From NCBI GenBank assembly GCA_977020255.1, contig CDROCS010000410.1:124001-188000 (forward strand): a stretch of 64,000 bases of DNA. The letters run 5' to 3'. The translations under genes were made by a program, and so were the position numbers. This document shows, one piece after another, positions 19,884-28,369 of this stretch. The stretch comes from Obrimoposthia wandeli (Eukaryota). Each line of letters opens with the position of its first letter. The first letter of the stretch is position 1. The notes beneath the pieces are model-generated. The model was not told where the DNA came from and searched no databases. It saw only the letters and a program-made list of their open reading frames with translations.

Positions 19884-21086
19884 CTAACCTGGTCGACCAT
19901 CCACTCTTGGCTTAAACAACATTGGTGCATAATGATACACAAACAAGCCAAACGCGATTAACCAGAATGTAATGCTCACATTAATAAAAGTAATATAATG
20001 CTGCATCCAGAAAATAGGACCAATAACTCGAATCGTTGCGGCAATAAATAGGCTTAAGAAACCCCAGAACATGGCTTTAGGCTGTTGTAACATGCGACCA
20101 GTATGACCCAATGATACACGAGATATCATCGCTAGAATTAATCCACCCATGCCGCCAACCGTAATTAGATGCCACAAATGACTGACAAAAGGTACTGGAA
20201 TAAAGTAACTCATACCGACAGTGAATAGGCCTGTCCAGATGAAGAACAGCGAACCATGGATTGACCATAACAGTGGTACACCAAACGTGATCCAAGGTTT
20301 CCAGCGACACCAGCGAATAGCTTGGCTGACACCAGAGATAAGGAACAGAGTACCAAATACTGCGGCTGGCACGGTAAATAATGGCTGTAGTAATAACAAA
20401 GCAGTAATAACAGCAAGACTACCTGTTGCTAGTTTTTCTAACCAAGGTAAAGGTAATACTTTTGTCGTTTTAGTACCGTTTGCCGTAAACATAGGCACAA
20501 CACGACCCGCCATTACCGACATTAATACAGCCATCAAGGTAACAGACGCATAAGCCGCTTGATTAATAGTCATGTTTGCTAAACCTAATTTAGCTAAATG
20601 CATTTCAAGGTTAGCGACTGTAAATAGCACTAATATCGGTACAAAAAGTAAATTGCGGTACTGTTTAATTTTCAGTAATGGTTTAGCTAAGATATAAGCG
20701 ACTGCAGGTAGGAAACTCAAATCAATGAGGATGATCACGTAGTCATTCAACAGTGTTGGTAGCCACAGCGCGACGCGTCCCGCTAGCCAAAGCATGAATA
20801 GTCCCAGCAAAGGCAAACCGGAAATACCGCGCATCCCCGTCCAGTTCTGGATAGCTGTTAACAGAAAACCAGCAACAATAGCGCAGCCAAAACCGAATAG
20901 CATTTCATGTATATGCCACCATAGTCCGCCACCATAAGGTTGAAAGGTGATATGACCAGATAACATTGCGCCCCAGAGTAATAAAGCGATGACACTAAAC
21001 AAAGCGCCAGCTAAGAAGAATGGGCGGAAGCCAAGACGTAACACAGGGAGGATTTTTTGTTCCTCAGCTAAGTCAGTAATTTGCAT
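19884..21086 (-). CDS. nnrS: NnrS family membrane protein (nitrosative stress)
   Basis: LGFRPFFL, WWHIHEMLFGF, GFLLTAIQNWTG, GRVVPMFT, RVSLGHTGR. Confidence 0.95.
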   Translation of the reverse strand: MQITDLAEEQKILPVLRLGFRPFFLAGALFSVIALLLWGAMLSGHITFQPYGGGLWWHIHEMLFGFGCAIVAGFLLTAIQNWTGMRGISGLPLLGLFMLWLAGRVALWLPTLLNDYVIILIDLSFLPAVAYILAKPLLKIKQYRNLLFVPILVLFTVANLEMHLAKLGLANMTINQAAYASVTLMAVLMSVMAGRVVPMFTANGTKTTKVLPLPWLEKLATGSLAVITALLLLQPLFTVPAAVFGTLFLISGVSQAIRWCRWKPWITFGVPLLWSIHGSLFFIWTGLFTVGMSYFIPVPFVSHLWHLITVGGMGGLILAMISRVSLGHTGRMLQQPKAMFWGFLSLFIAATIRVIGPIFWMQHYITFINVSITFWLIAFGLFVYHYAPMLFKPRVDGRPG

Positions 21087-21149
21087 GGGTTTGACCTTTA
21101 AAATAAGAATTAACTACAGTATATGGTAAAAAAGGGGGCTGTAATTGAC

Positions 21150-21192
21150 AAAAGGCAAATACCCAACTTAATTAGTCAAGTATTTGCCTTTT
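21150..21192. terminator. Terminator after feoC
   Basis: AAAAGGCAAATAC...GTATTTGCCTTTT. Confidence 0.8.
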
Positions 21193-21245
21193 TATTGATG
21201 CGATGGCTTTATTAGTTATTCATTGTTAATTATCAGTTAGCTAAC

Positions 21246-21482
21246 TTAATTGATAACCTTAATTGACAGCTCGCTTTCTGCATTCCAACGATACCAAACA
21301 TCACAGCTTACTTGTCCAAGTCGTGGGCGCTCACTGATGGCTGTCGATATTTTGCCTTTCGCTATCCACAACGCGAGCATGGCATCGATACCATCTTCAC
21401 TGATAGCAAACTTTTTGGCTAATTCCGCACGGCTAGTTTTGCCGTTAGCAACAAGATGATCTTTCAGGCGCGTTAAAATCAT
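21246..21482 (-). CDS. feoC: FeoC winged-helix protein
   Basis: MIL..LK.HL...G..S..ELA.KF..S...I.AML..W..KGKI; position after feoB. Confidence 0.85.
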   Translation of the reverse strand: MILTRLKDHLVANGKTSRAELAKKFAISEDGIDAMLALWIAKGKISTAISERPRLGQVSCDVWYRWNAESELSIKVIN

Positions 21483-23757
21483 ATTGACCCTTCTCCTCTT
21501 GCAGCTTTACTTTGTTACCTTGTTTCTTCAACAGCACAACAACGATCACCATAAGCACACTGAATAACCCTATCCAACCGATGCTTGATGCTGGGTGCGC
21601 TGCAAATTCAACAATTTGATAATACATAGTCGCGACAAAGTAGCCTAAGAACATCGTCCAGCCTGCAATGAATACCGCAAATGGTCGACCGAATTCACGA
21701 ACATAAGCCCCCATCGCCGCAGCGCAAGGCGTATACAATAGAATAAACAGCAAGAATGCAAAGGCTGCAGCGTCAGAACCGAAGCTGTCTTTTAAGTTAC
21801 CAAAAATAGTTAAATCAACTTCTTGATCCTCGGCAACTGCACTCATATTCGTCAAATCACCCACATCGACACCCAGTGGATCTGAATAACTTAACTCCGA
21901 AAGATTGGCAGGAATAGATAACACAGCTTCTTTTAAACTCGCTAACAAATCAAATTCGCCATCATCACCTTCCGCACTTGAATACAAGCTATTCAAAGTA
22001 CCAATCACCGCTTCTTTGGCAAAAATACCCGTGATAATACCCACGGTCGCTTGCCAGTTATCAGCTTGAATACCAATTGGCGCAAGTAAAGGGGTTGCCA
22101 CTTGTGCAACTTGCGACAGTACCGAACTTTCAGTCTCTTCGTTACCAAAGCTACCATCTGTACCCAATGAATTAAAGAAACTTAAAAATGCGACCACTAA
22201 GACAATTGTTTTACCGGCACCAAAGACAAAACGCTTTAGTTTTTGCCAAGTAATAATCAGCATATTTTGCATTGTTGGTAATTCGTAATCAGGCATTTCC
22301 ATGATAAAGCTATCACTGCGACCTGGGTAAAGGCTCCAGCGTAATAATAGCCCGGTGAATACCGCCACTAAAATACCAATAATGTATAAAGCAAAAACAA
22401 TATTCTGACCATGTTCAGGGAAGAATGCCGCAGAGAATAATGCGTAAACAGGTAATCTAGCACCACATGACATAAACGGTGCCATTGCAGCAGCTAATCG
22501 ACGTTCACGTTCATGTTCTAACGTACGTGTCGCCATAATCGCAGGTACATTACAGCCAAAGCCCAATACTAGCGGCACGAATGCTTTACCTGGCAGGCCG
22601 ATTCTTTGCATTACTTTATCTAGTACAAACGCCGCTCGCGCCATATAACCAGAGCTTTCCAGTAGTGACAGAAATAGGTACAAGCAACCAATCACTGGAA
22701 TGAAAGTCGCAACCGTTTGAATACCACCGCCAATACCGTTGGCAATAATAGTCACCAGCCACACAGGTAATACCCCATCCAGCAGGTAATGACCGCCATC
22801 AACTAACACGCTGCCAAAGCTGATATCAAAGAAATCGATAAATGCGCCACCGATGTTAATCGAGAACATAAACATCAAATACATCACCGCAAAAAAGAAC
22901 GGAATACCGATGTATTTATTCAATACAACTTGGTCGACTTTATCGCTGAATGAACGGCTTAATTTACCTTCCTGACGACGCACTTTATTACATAGCTGAT
23001 GTAAAAATGTATAACGTACATTAGCGATATGAAAATCTGTTTCGACTGACTCGGCGACTTTGTTCTTAACCTCAGATACCTGAATAAGGATGTCTAGGTT
23101 TAACAAGTCACTCACCAAACTGTCATTTTCTAATGCACGAACAGCCAGTGCACGTGGTGCGACATTATGCTCATAAAAATGAATATCTAATTCGCTGATT
23201 GCCGCTTCTATTTCGGTTCCGTAATTCATCACTAACGGCGTTGTTTTAACACCTTTCTGCACTAACGAATGTAAGTTTTGTTTAAACTCATTAACTTCGT
23301 TTTTCGCATTAGCAGACAGGGCCAATACTGGGCAGCCAAGCGCCTTTTCTAATTTTTTAATATCTAATACTTGGCGCTGGCGGGCTAACACATCCATCTT
23401 GTTTAATACCACAACCATAGGACGGCCTAACTCACGGAGTTGTAACGTCATGTATAAGCTGCGTTCTAAGCAAGAGGCATCAACCACATTAATGATCAGA
23501 TCTGCATCGTGATTTAACGCTGCTTTCGAGGCAATCATTTCATCAACACTGTTCACTTCATTACTGCTGTCCAACGCATAAATGCCGGGTAAATCTGTTA
23601 ATAAGAAGTCATCGCCCGCATGACCATAACGGCCAGTTTTTTTATCTACCGTCACGCCAGCCCAGTTACCAACACGTTGGTTAGCACCGGTTAAAGCATT
23701 AAATAAGGTGGTTTTACCGCTATTTGGGTTACCAATGGTTAGGATTTGATACAACAT
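21445..23757 (-). CDS. feoB: Ferrous iron transporter FeoB
   Basis: GNPNSGKTT, NWAGVTV, DLPGIY, NKMD, gate motifs GFGCNVPA and FMSCGARL. Confidence 0.98.
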   Translation of the reverse strand: MLYQILTIGNPNSGKTTLFNALTGANQRVGNWAGVTVDKKTGRYGHAGDDFLLTDLPGIYALDSSNEVNSVDEMIASKAALNHDADLIINVVDASCLERSLYMTLQLRELGRPMVVVLNKMDVLARQRQVLDIKKLEKALGCPVLALSANAKNEVNEFKQNLHSLVQKGVKTTPLVMNYGTEIEAAISELDIHFYEHNVAPRALAVRALENDSLVSDLLNLDILIQVSEVKNKVAESVETDFHIANVRYTFLHQLCNKVRRQEGKLSRSFSDKVDQVVLNKYIGIPFFFAVMYLMFMFSINIGGAFIDFFDISFGSVLVDGGHYLLDGVLPVWLVTIIANGIGGGIQTVATFIPVIGCLYLFLSLLESSGYMARAAFVLDKVMQRIGLPGKAFVPLVLGFGCNVPAIMATRTLEHERERRLAAAMAPFMSCGARLPVYALFSAAFFPEHGQNIVFALYIIGILVAVFTGLLLRWSLYPGRSDSFIMEMPDYELPTMQNMLIITWQKLKRFVFGAGKTIVLVVAFLSFFNSLGTDGSFGNEETESSVLSQVAQVATPLLAPIGIQADNWQATVGIITGIFAKEAVIGTLNSLYSSAEGDDGEFDLLASLKEAVLSIPANLSELSYSDPLGVDVGDLTNMSAVAEDQEVDLTIFGNLKDSFGSDAAAFAFLLFILLYTPCAAAMGAYVREFGRPFAVFIAGWTMFLGYFVATMYYQIVEFAAHPASSIGWIGLFSVLMVIVVVLLKKQGNKVKLQEEKGQYDFNAPERSSCC

Positions 23758-23984
23758 TACACGGCCTCAACTTCAATTTGTTGCGCAAGTTGCTTACGAA
23801 TAGCAACTGAAACACCACGTACAGATATTTGCAAAGGATCACCCATAGGGGCCCGGCGCATTAATGTTACTTCAGTCTGTGGTAATACACCCATCACCAT
23901 TAACTTCTTGCGCGTATCAGCGGGTAAAGCTGACATGTCGGTAATTTTGGCGACTGCACCATCGTTTAATAACGCTAACTTCAT
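23757..23984 (-). CDS. feoA: FeoA (start ATG 23984)
   Basis: KKLMVMGVLP...APMGDPLQI.VRG; stop overlaps the feoB ATG (TAATG). Confidence 0.93.
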   Translation of the reverse strand: MKLALLNDGAVAKITDMSALPADTRKKLMVMGVLPQTEVTLMRRAPMGDPLQISVRGVSVAIRKQLAQQIEVEAV

Positions 23985-24001
23985 ATCTGACCCAATCCTA
24001 A

Positions 24002-24016
24002 TGATAACTATTATTA
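24002..24016. promoter_or_regulatory. Fur box upstream of feoA
   Basis: TGATAAC-T-ATTATTA versus the 7-1-7 consensus TGATAATnATTATCA. Confidence 0.7.
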
Positions 24017-24048
24017 TTAATATTCTACGCAGGCAGTATAAATAACTC

Positions 24049-24062
24049 TTGATATGAATCAA
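24049..24062. promoter_or_regulatory. FNR box upstream of feoABC
   Basis: TTGAT-ATGA-ATCAA, perfect consensus. Confidence 0.8.
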
Positions 24063-24303
24063 TACGCTATAAAAAAAATCGCCAAAAACGCAATAAATTA
24101 ACTATAAAGTAGTAATTTCTTATAACGAGAGGATTTATCAATAAGAGGGGTATAACAAAAGAATATATGCAGCTCACCACAACGCTGGTTTTGTGAGCTA
24201 CATATTTTTAGAGTGGCATTTATAAACTGAGCTTATAGCGGCGCAGGTATTTATATAAACTATTATAAATACCTGCGTATTACTGTCAGTAAACTATAAA
24301 AAG

Positions 24304-26136
24304 CTAGGCGTTTTCACCAATGAAACCACCGGTTTGATGTGCCCAAAGTTGCGCATAAATACCCTTTTTCGCCAGCAACTCTTGATGTGAGCCCTGCTCT
24401 ATCACACGCCCTTCATCTAAGATGATCAAGCGATCCATCGCCGCAATGGTTGATAGACGATGCGCAATCGCAATCACGGTTTTACCATCCATCAATTCAT
24501 TTAGGCTGTCTTGAATGGCTGATTCCACTTCAGAGTCTAACGCTGAAGTTGCTTCATCTAATACTAGAATGGGTGCATCTTTTAGCAATACCCGAGAAAT
24601 AGCGATACGTTGGCGTTGACCACCAGAGAGTTTAACGCCACGCTCGCCCACTTGTGCATCATAGCCTTTGTTACCAAAGGTATCTGTCAACGTGCTAATA
24701 AATTCATGCGCGCAAGCTTGTTTTGTCGCTTTCAATAATTGCGCTTCGCTCGCATCTGGGTCGCCATACATAATATTATCGCGAATAGTACGATGTAGTA
24801 ATGACGTATCCTGAGTCACCATGCCTATTTGACCACGCAGGCTGTCTTGCTGTACGTCACTAATATTTTGGCCGTCAATTTTAATAGCGCCCGATTCAAC
24901 ATCATGAAAACGCATTAACAAATTAACCAATGTCGACTTACCCGCGCCAGAACGTCCAACCAGACCCACTTTCTCACCGGCTTTTATCGTCAGATTTAAC
25001 TTCTCAATCACACCTGCAGATTCACCGTAATGGAAACTGATATTATCGAATTCGATTTCACCTGCAGAAACAGTTAATGACTTCGCATTCGGTTTATCTT
25101 CAATCTCAATCGGCTTAGCCAAGGTGTTCATGCCGTCAATCACAGTACCCATGTTTTCGAACAGGCCACCGATTTCCCACATGATCCATTTCGACATACT
25201 GTTTAAACGTAATGCTAAGCTGATAGCCACTGCAATAACACCAACACTTAAGCTTGCGTCTAACCACAACATGATCGAAATCGCACCGACACCGAACAAT
25301 AATAAGTAATTCAATAACTCTACGCAGAAAGTAAAACCCGTTACTAGGCGCATTTGCTTATGTACTGTCACCAAGAATTCGTCCATGCCTTCTTCGGCGT
25401 AGACCATTTCGCGGGAGTTATGTGAGAATAATTTCACCGTGGTGATGTTGGTATAACTATCAACTAATCGGCCTGTCATCATCGAACGTGCATTTGCTTG
25501 TTCTGTCGAAATTTTCTTTAGCTTAGGCACAAAATATAACTGAATGGCAATAAAACCAACAAACCACGCCAGCATAGGCAGCATTAGACGCATGTCAGCT
25601 TGGCCTATCATGACTAACATCGCGATAAAGTACACCGAGATATAGACCAGAACATCTAACAGTTTCATCACTGTTTCACGTACTGATAAGGCTGTTTGCA
25701 TTACCTTAGTCGCAATACGACCGGCAAAGTCACTTTGGAAAAAAGACACACTTTGGCGTAATAAATAACGATGCGCTAACCAGCGAATAGACATAGGGTA
25801 ATTACCCAGCAATGTCTGATGCATGATGAGCGAATGTAGTAATACCAGCAATGGCATCCCCACTAATATCAGCGCACTCAAGCCAAGCAGGTTAGAACTT
25901 TCTTCATTAAGGAAGTTTTGTGGTTCATGGTTTGATAACCAATCGACAAGCTGACCCATAAAGCCAAATAGCGACACTTCTAATATCGCAATCATCGCGC
26001 TTAATACTGCCATCGCTAATAAAGGTGATTCAAAACCACGCGTATAGTAACGACAAAAAGCCACGAGTTCTGTAGGTGGCTGTTCGGGTTGGTGTTTCGG
26101 GAATGCCGAAGACATTTTTTCAAAAAACTTAAACAT
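24304..26136 (-). CDS. MsbA/VcaM-like ABC exporter (TMD+NBD half transporter)
   Basis: GRSGAGKST, LSGGQRQR, LDEATSALD, IAHRLST. Confidence 0.93.
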   Translation of the reverse strand: MFKFFEKMSSAFPKHQPEQPPTELVAFCRYYTRGFESPLLAMAVLSAMIAILEVSLFGFMGQLVDWLSNHEPQNFLNEESSNLLGLSALILVGMPLLVLLHSLIMHQTLLGNYPMSIRWLAHRYLLRQSVSFFQSDFAGRIATKVMQTALSVRETVMKLLDVLVYISVYFIAMLVMIGQADMRLMLPMLAWFVGFIAIQLYFVPKLKKISTEQANARSMMTGRLVDSYTNITTVKLFSHNSREMVYAEEGMDEFLVTVHKQMRLVTGFTFCVELLNYLLLFGVGAISIMLWLDASLSVGVIAVAISLALRLNSMSKWIMWEIGGLFENMGTVIDGMNTLAKPIEIEDKPNAKSLTVSAGEIEFDNISFHYGESAGVIEKLNLTIKAGEKVGLVGRSGAGKSTLVNLLMRFHDVESGAIKIDGQNISDVQQDSLRGQIGMVTQDTSLLHRTIRDNIMYGDPDASEAQLLKATKQACAHEFISTLTDTFGNKGYDAQVGERGVKLSGGQRQRIAISRVLLKDAPILVLDEATSALDSEVESAIQDSLNELMDGKTVIAIAHRLSTIAAMDRLIILDEGRVIEQGSHQELLAKKGIYAQLWAHQTGGFIGENA

Positions 26137-26267
26137 AAGGGATTGTTATCTGACTAATTTAAAGACCCCGCTATGGTACTACGGAATTGATAAAGTGCGT
26201 AGCCTACATAGCTAGATAAGCAAATTCGCAGCAGTGATTTATCTTAAATTACAACGAAAAATCAGAG

Positions 26268-26285
26268 TGTAAATAATTATTTACA
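26268..26285. promoter_or_regulatory. TyrR box 1
   Basis: TGTAAA-TAATTA-TTTACA, perfect consensus upstream of tyrP. Confidence 0.85.
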
Positions 26286-26385
26286 TGTTAATTTACACTT
26301 TTTACACCAAAAACGTTTCACAAAGCCCTATAAAATAAGTAAACTCGCTCAATCTTAGCTATTTATCTATGCCCAAGGCATTGCT

Positions 26386-26403
26386 TGTAAATATAACTTT
26401 ACA
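26386..26403. promoter_or_regulatory. TyrR box 2
   Basis: TGTAAA-TATAAC-TTTACA, perfect consensus. Confidence 0.85.
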
Positions 26404-26408
26404 CGTGC

Positions 26409-26468
26409 TTTTACAGATAGGTTCATAAATCGGTTCGTAAATCGGTTTGTAAATAGGTTTACACAATT
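26409..26468. repeat. Degenerate 12-bp tandem repeat, about 5 units
   Basis: ttttacagatag/gttcataaatcg/gttcgtaaatcg/gtttgtaaatag/gtttacacaatt. Confidence 0.7.
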
Positions 26469-26495
26469 TAATGATTACCCGTAATGGAATATTTT

Positions 26496-27740
26496 ATGAC
26501 TTCGAATAAGATAGTAGGCAGTACCCTTATTGTTTCTGGCACCGCACTTGGTGGTGGTATGTTAGCTTTACCTCTTGCATCGGCTGGTTTAGGTTTTTAT
26601 CCTGCAGCATTGTTAATCTTCGTTAACTGGGCTTTAATGACTTATACGGCTTTGTTGATGTTAGAGATTCATCAGCACGCTGAACAAGATGCAACACTTA
26701 ACTCCCTAGCAAAAAACTTACTGGGTAAACCAGGTCAATATCTAGCGACCTTTGCTTCTTTCTTCTTATTCTATGCGCTTTGCGCAGCATACATCGCCGG
26801 TGGCGGTTCGCAGTTAACGCATAAACTAAATGAGTTCATGAGTTTAGAATTAACGCCTCAGTTTGGCGCGATACTGCTCACCATCATTGTTGCGACAGTC
26901 GTGTCTATCGGCACACATTCTGTAGATCTGGTAAACCGCGTCTTGTTTAGTGTGAAAATCATTGTTTTAGCCCTAACGCTAAGCCTATTATTTCCACACG
27001 TTGAAGCAATCAACCTATTAGAAATGCCTGTACAGCAAGGGCTCTTATTGTCCGCATTACCGGTTATTTTCACTTCGTTTGGTTTCCACGGCAGCATCCC
27101 GTCTATCGTCCGTTACGTTGGTGTTGATATTAAAACACTGAAGAAAGTGATGATTTGTGGTGCATCTGCCCCGCTGGTTATTTACCTACTATGGCAAGCT
27201 GCGACTCAAGGTGTGTTGAGTCAAACAGACTTAATGGCGAATAACTCGTTAACAAGTTTCATTGCATCGCTGAGTTCTGTATTACAACAACCACAAGTCA
27301 GCCAATCTGTGTCTGTATTTGCAGACCTAGCATTAGCAACGTCATTTCTGGGTGTGAGTTTAGGTTTGTTTGATTTGTTATCTGGCATGATGAAACGCGC
27401 GAATAGTAGCCTAAATAGCAATGAAAGCAACTCTACTATGGGCACTGATAGTAAGTCACACCGAGTGAAAACAGCACTGGTGACATTCTTACCACCACTG
27501 GCTTTTGCTCTGTTTTACCCACAAGGTTTCATTACCGCTTTAGGTTATGCTGCAATTGCATTGGTGATATTAGCAATCTTCTTACCTGTTGCGATGGTAA
27601 CAAAACAGCGTAAAGCACAAGCAAGCGGTTACCGCGTACTTGGTGGTAATGTGACGCTAGTACTTGCCAGCTTAATGGGTTGCTTGATCATCGCGTCGCA
27701 ATTTTTACAAATGGCGGACGTGATCCCCGCTGTTGGTTAG
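26496..27740 (+). CDS. tyrP: Aromatic amino acid permease (TyrP/Mtr, ArAAP family)
   Basis: GTALGGGMLALP, FTSFGFHGSIPS, LATSFLGVSLGLFD; TyrR boxes upstream. Confidence 0.88.
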   Translation: MTSNKIVGSTLIVSGTALGGGMLALPLASAGLGFYPAALLIFVNWALMTYTALLMLEIHQHAEQDATLNSLAKNLLGKPGQYLATFASFFLFYALCAAYIAGGGSQLTHKLNEFMSLELTPQFGAILLTIIVATVVSIGTHSVDLVNRVLFSVKIIVLALTLSLLFPHVEAINLLEMPVQQGLLLSALPVIFTSFGFHGSIPSIVRYVGVDIKTLKKVMICGASAPLVIYLLWQAATQGVLSQTDLMANNSLTSFIASLSSVLQQPQVSQSVSVFADLALATSFLGVSLGLFDLLSGMMKRANSSLNSNESNSTMGTDSKSHRVKTALVTFLPPLAFALFYPQGFITALGYAAIALVILAIFLPVAMVTKQRKAQASGYRVLGGNVTLVLASLMGCLIIASQFLQMADVIPAVG

Positions 27741-27773
27741 AGCACTTAACAAAAACAGTAAATTGACCATATA

Positions 27774-27812
27774 AATAAGCCCCGCTATCAATGCATGATA
27801 ACGGGGCTTATT
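27774..27812. terminator. Bidirectional terminator
   Basis: AATAAGCCCCG...CGGGGCTTATT. Confidence 0.8.
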
Positions 27813-27839
27813 ATTTTAGTACTCTAGTTAATCTTTTAA

Positions 27840-28172
27840 CTATTTCTTCTTCCACTGCCCTGGAGCAGATTCAACAAACTGGCCTTGCTCTGTCATCGAC
27901 ATCGCTTTTTTCGCTGCACGAGCAGAGATATCCCCTACAGTCACATTGTGCTTAGTTGCTAGCTCTTGATATTTAGCTTTACGCTTCTCATTCACTTCTT
28001 TAATTAACGCGTTAACTTCACTACTTGGCTTTACAGCGCCAAGGTAGCCATTAACTTGCTCGCCAACTAACCCAGCTTGTTTTGCGGCTTGTAAATCAAT
28101 TGCTTGTACCGAAAAAGACATCGCAAATAAAATAATCAAGGTTGAAAAAATTCTTTTCATTGTAAGCTCCAT
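27840..28172 (-). CDS. ydbL: YdbL (DUF1318) periplasmic protein
   Basis: AKQAGLVGEQVNGYLG, VNEKRKAKY, GQW; operon position. Confidence 0.88.
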   Translation of the reverse strand: MELTMKRIFSTLIILFAMSFSVQAIDLQAAKQAGLVGEQVNGYLGAVKPSSEVNALIKEVNEKRKAKYQELATKHNVTVGDISARAAKKAMSMTEQGQFVESAPGQWKKK

Positions 28173-28177
28173 TTTGG

Positions 28178-28360
28178 CTAGAATAACTCGTCATCGCTAA
28201 ATACATCATCTAGCTCTTTATCAACTTTCACTTTGATTTCATGATCAATTTTTACATTTAAATTAATCACAATCGGTTTATCGGGAACGGCCAGCTGTAC
28301 TGTTGGGGTACAACCGGCAATAAGTACAAGTAAACTTGCACTAAATAACAGTGCTTTCAT
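28178..28360 (-). CDS. ynbE: YnbE family lipoprotein
   Basis: Lipobox IAGC-TPTV, KPIVINLNVKIDHEI. Confidence 0.9.
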   Translation of the reverse strand: MKALLFSASLLVLIAGCTPTVQLAVPDKPIVINLNVKIDHEIKVKVDKELDDVFSDDELF

Positions 28361-28369
28361 ATTATATCC

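Noticed and set aside
21246-21482. FeoC lacking the Cys cluster as a sign of pseudogenisation
   Set aside because: Vibrionales-type FeoC proteins commonly lack the CxxGxCxxC Fe-S motif; the ORF is intact.
23985-24062. N-terminal extension of feoA given by the ORF track (also extensions of chrA, the btuF-like gene, csp and DUF1538)
   Set aside because: The extension overlaps the Fur and FNR boxes; family alignments by eye start at the downstream ATGs used here.
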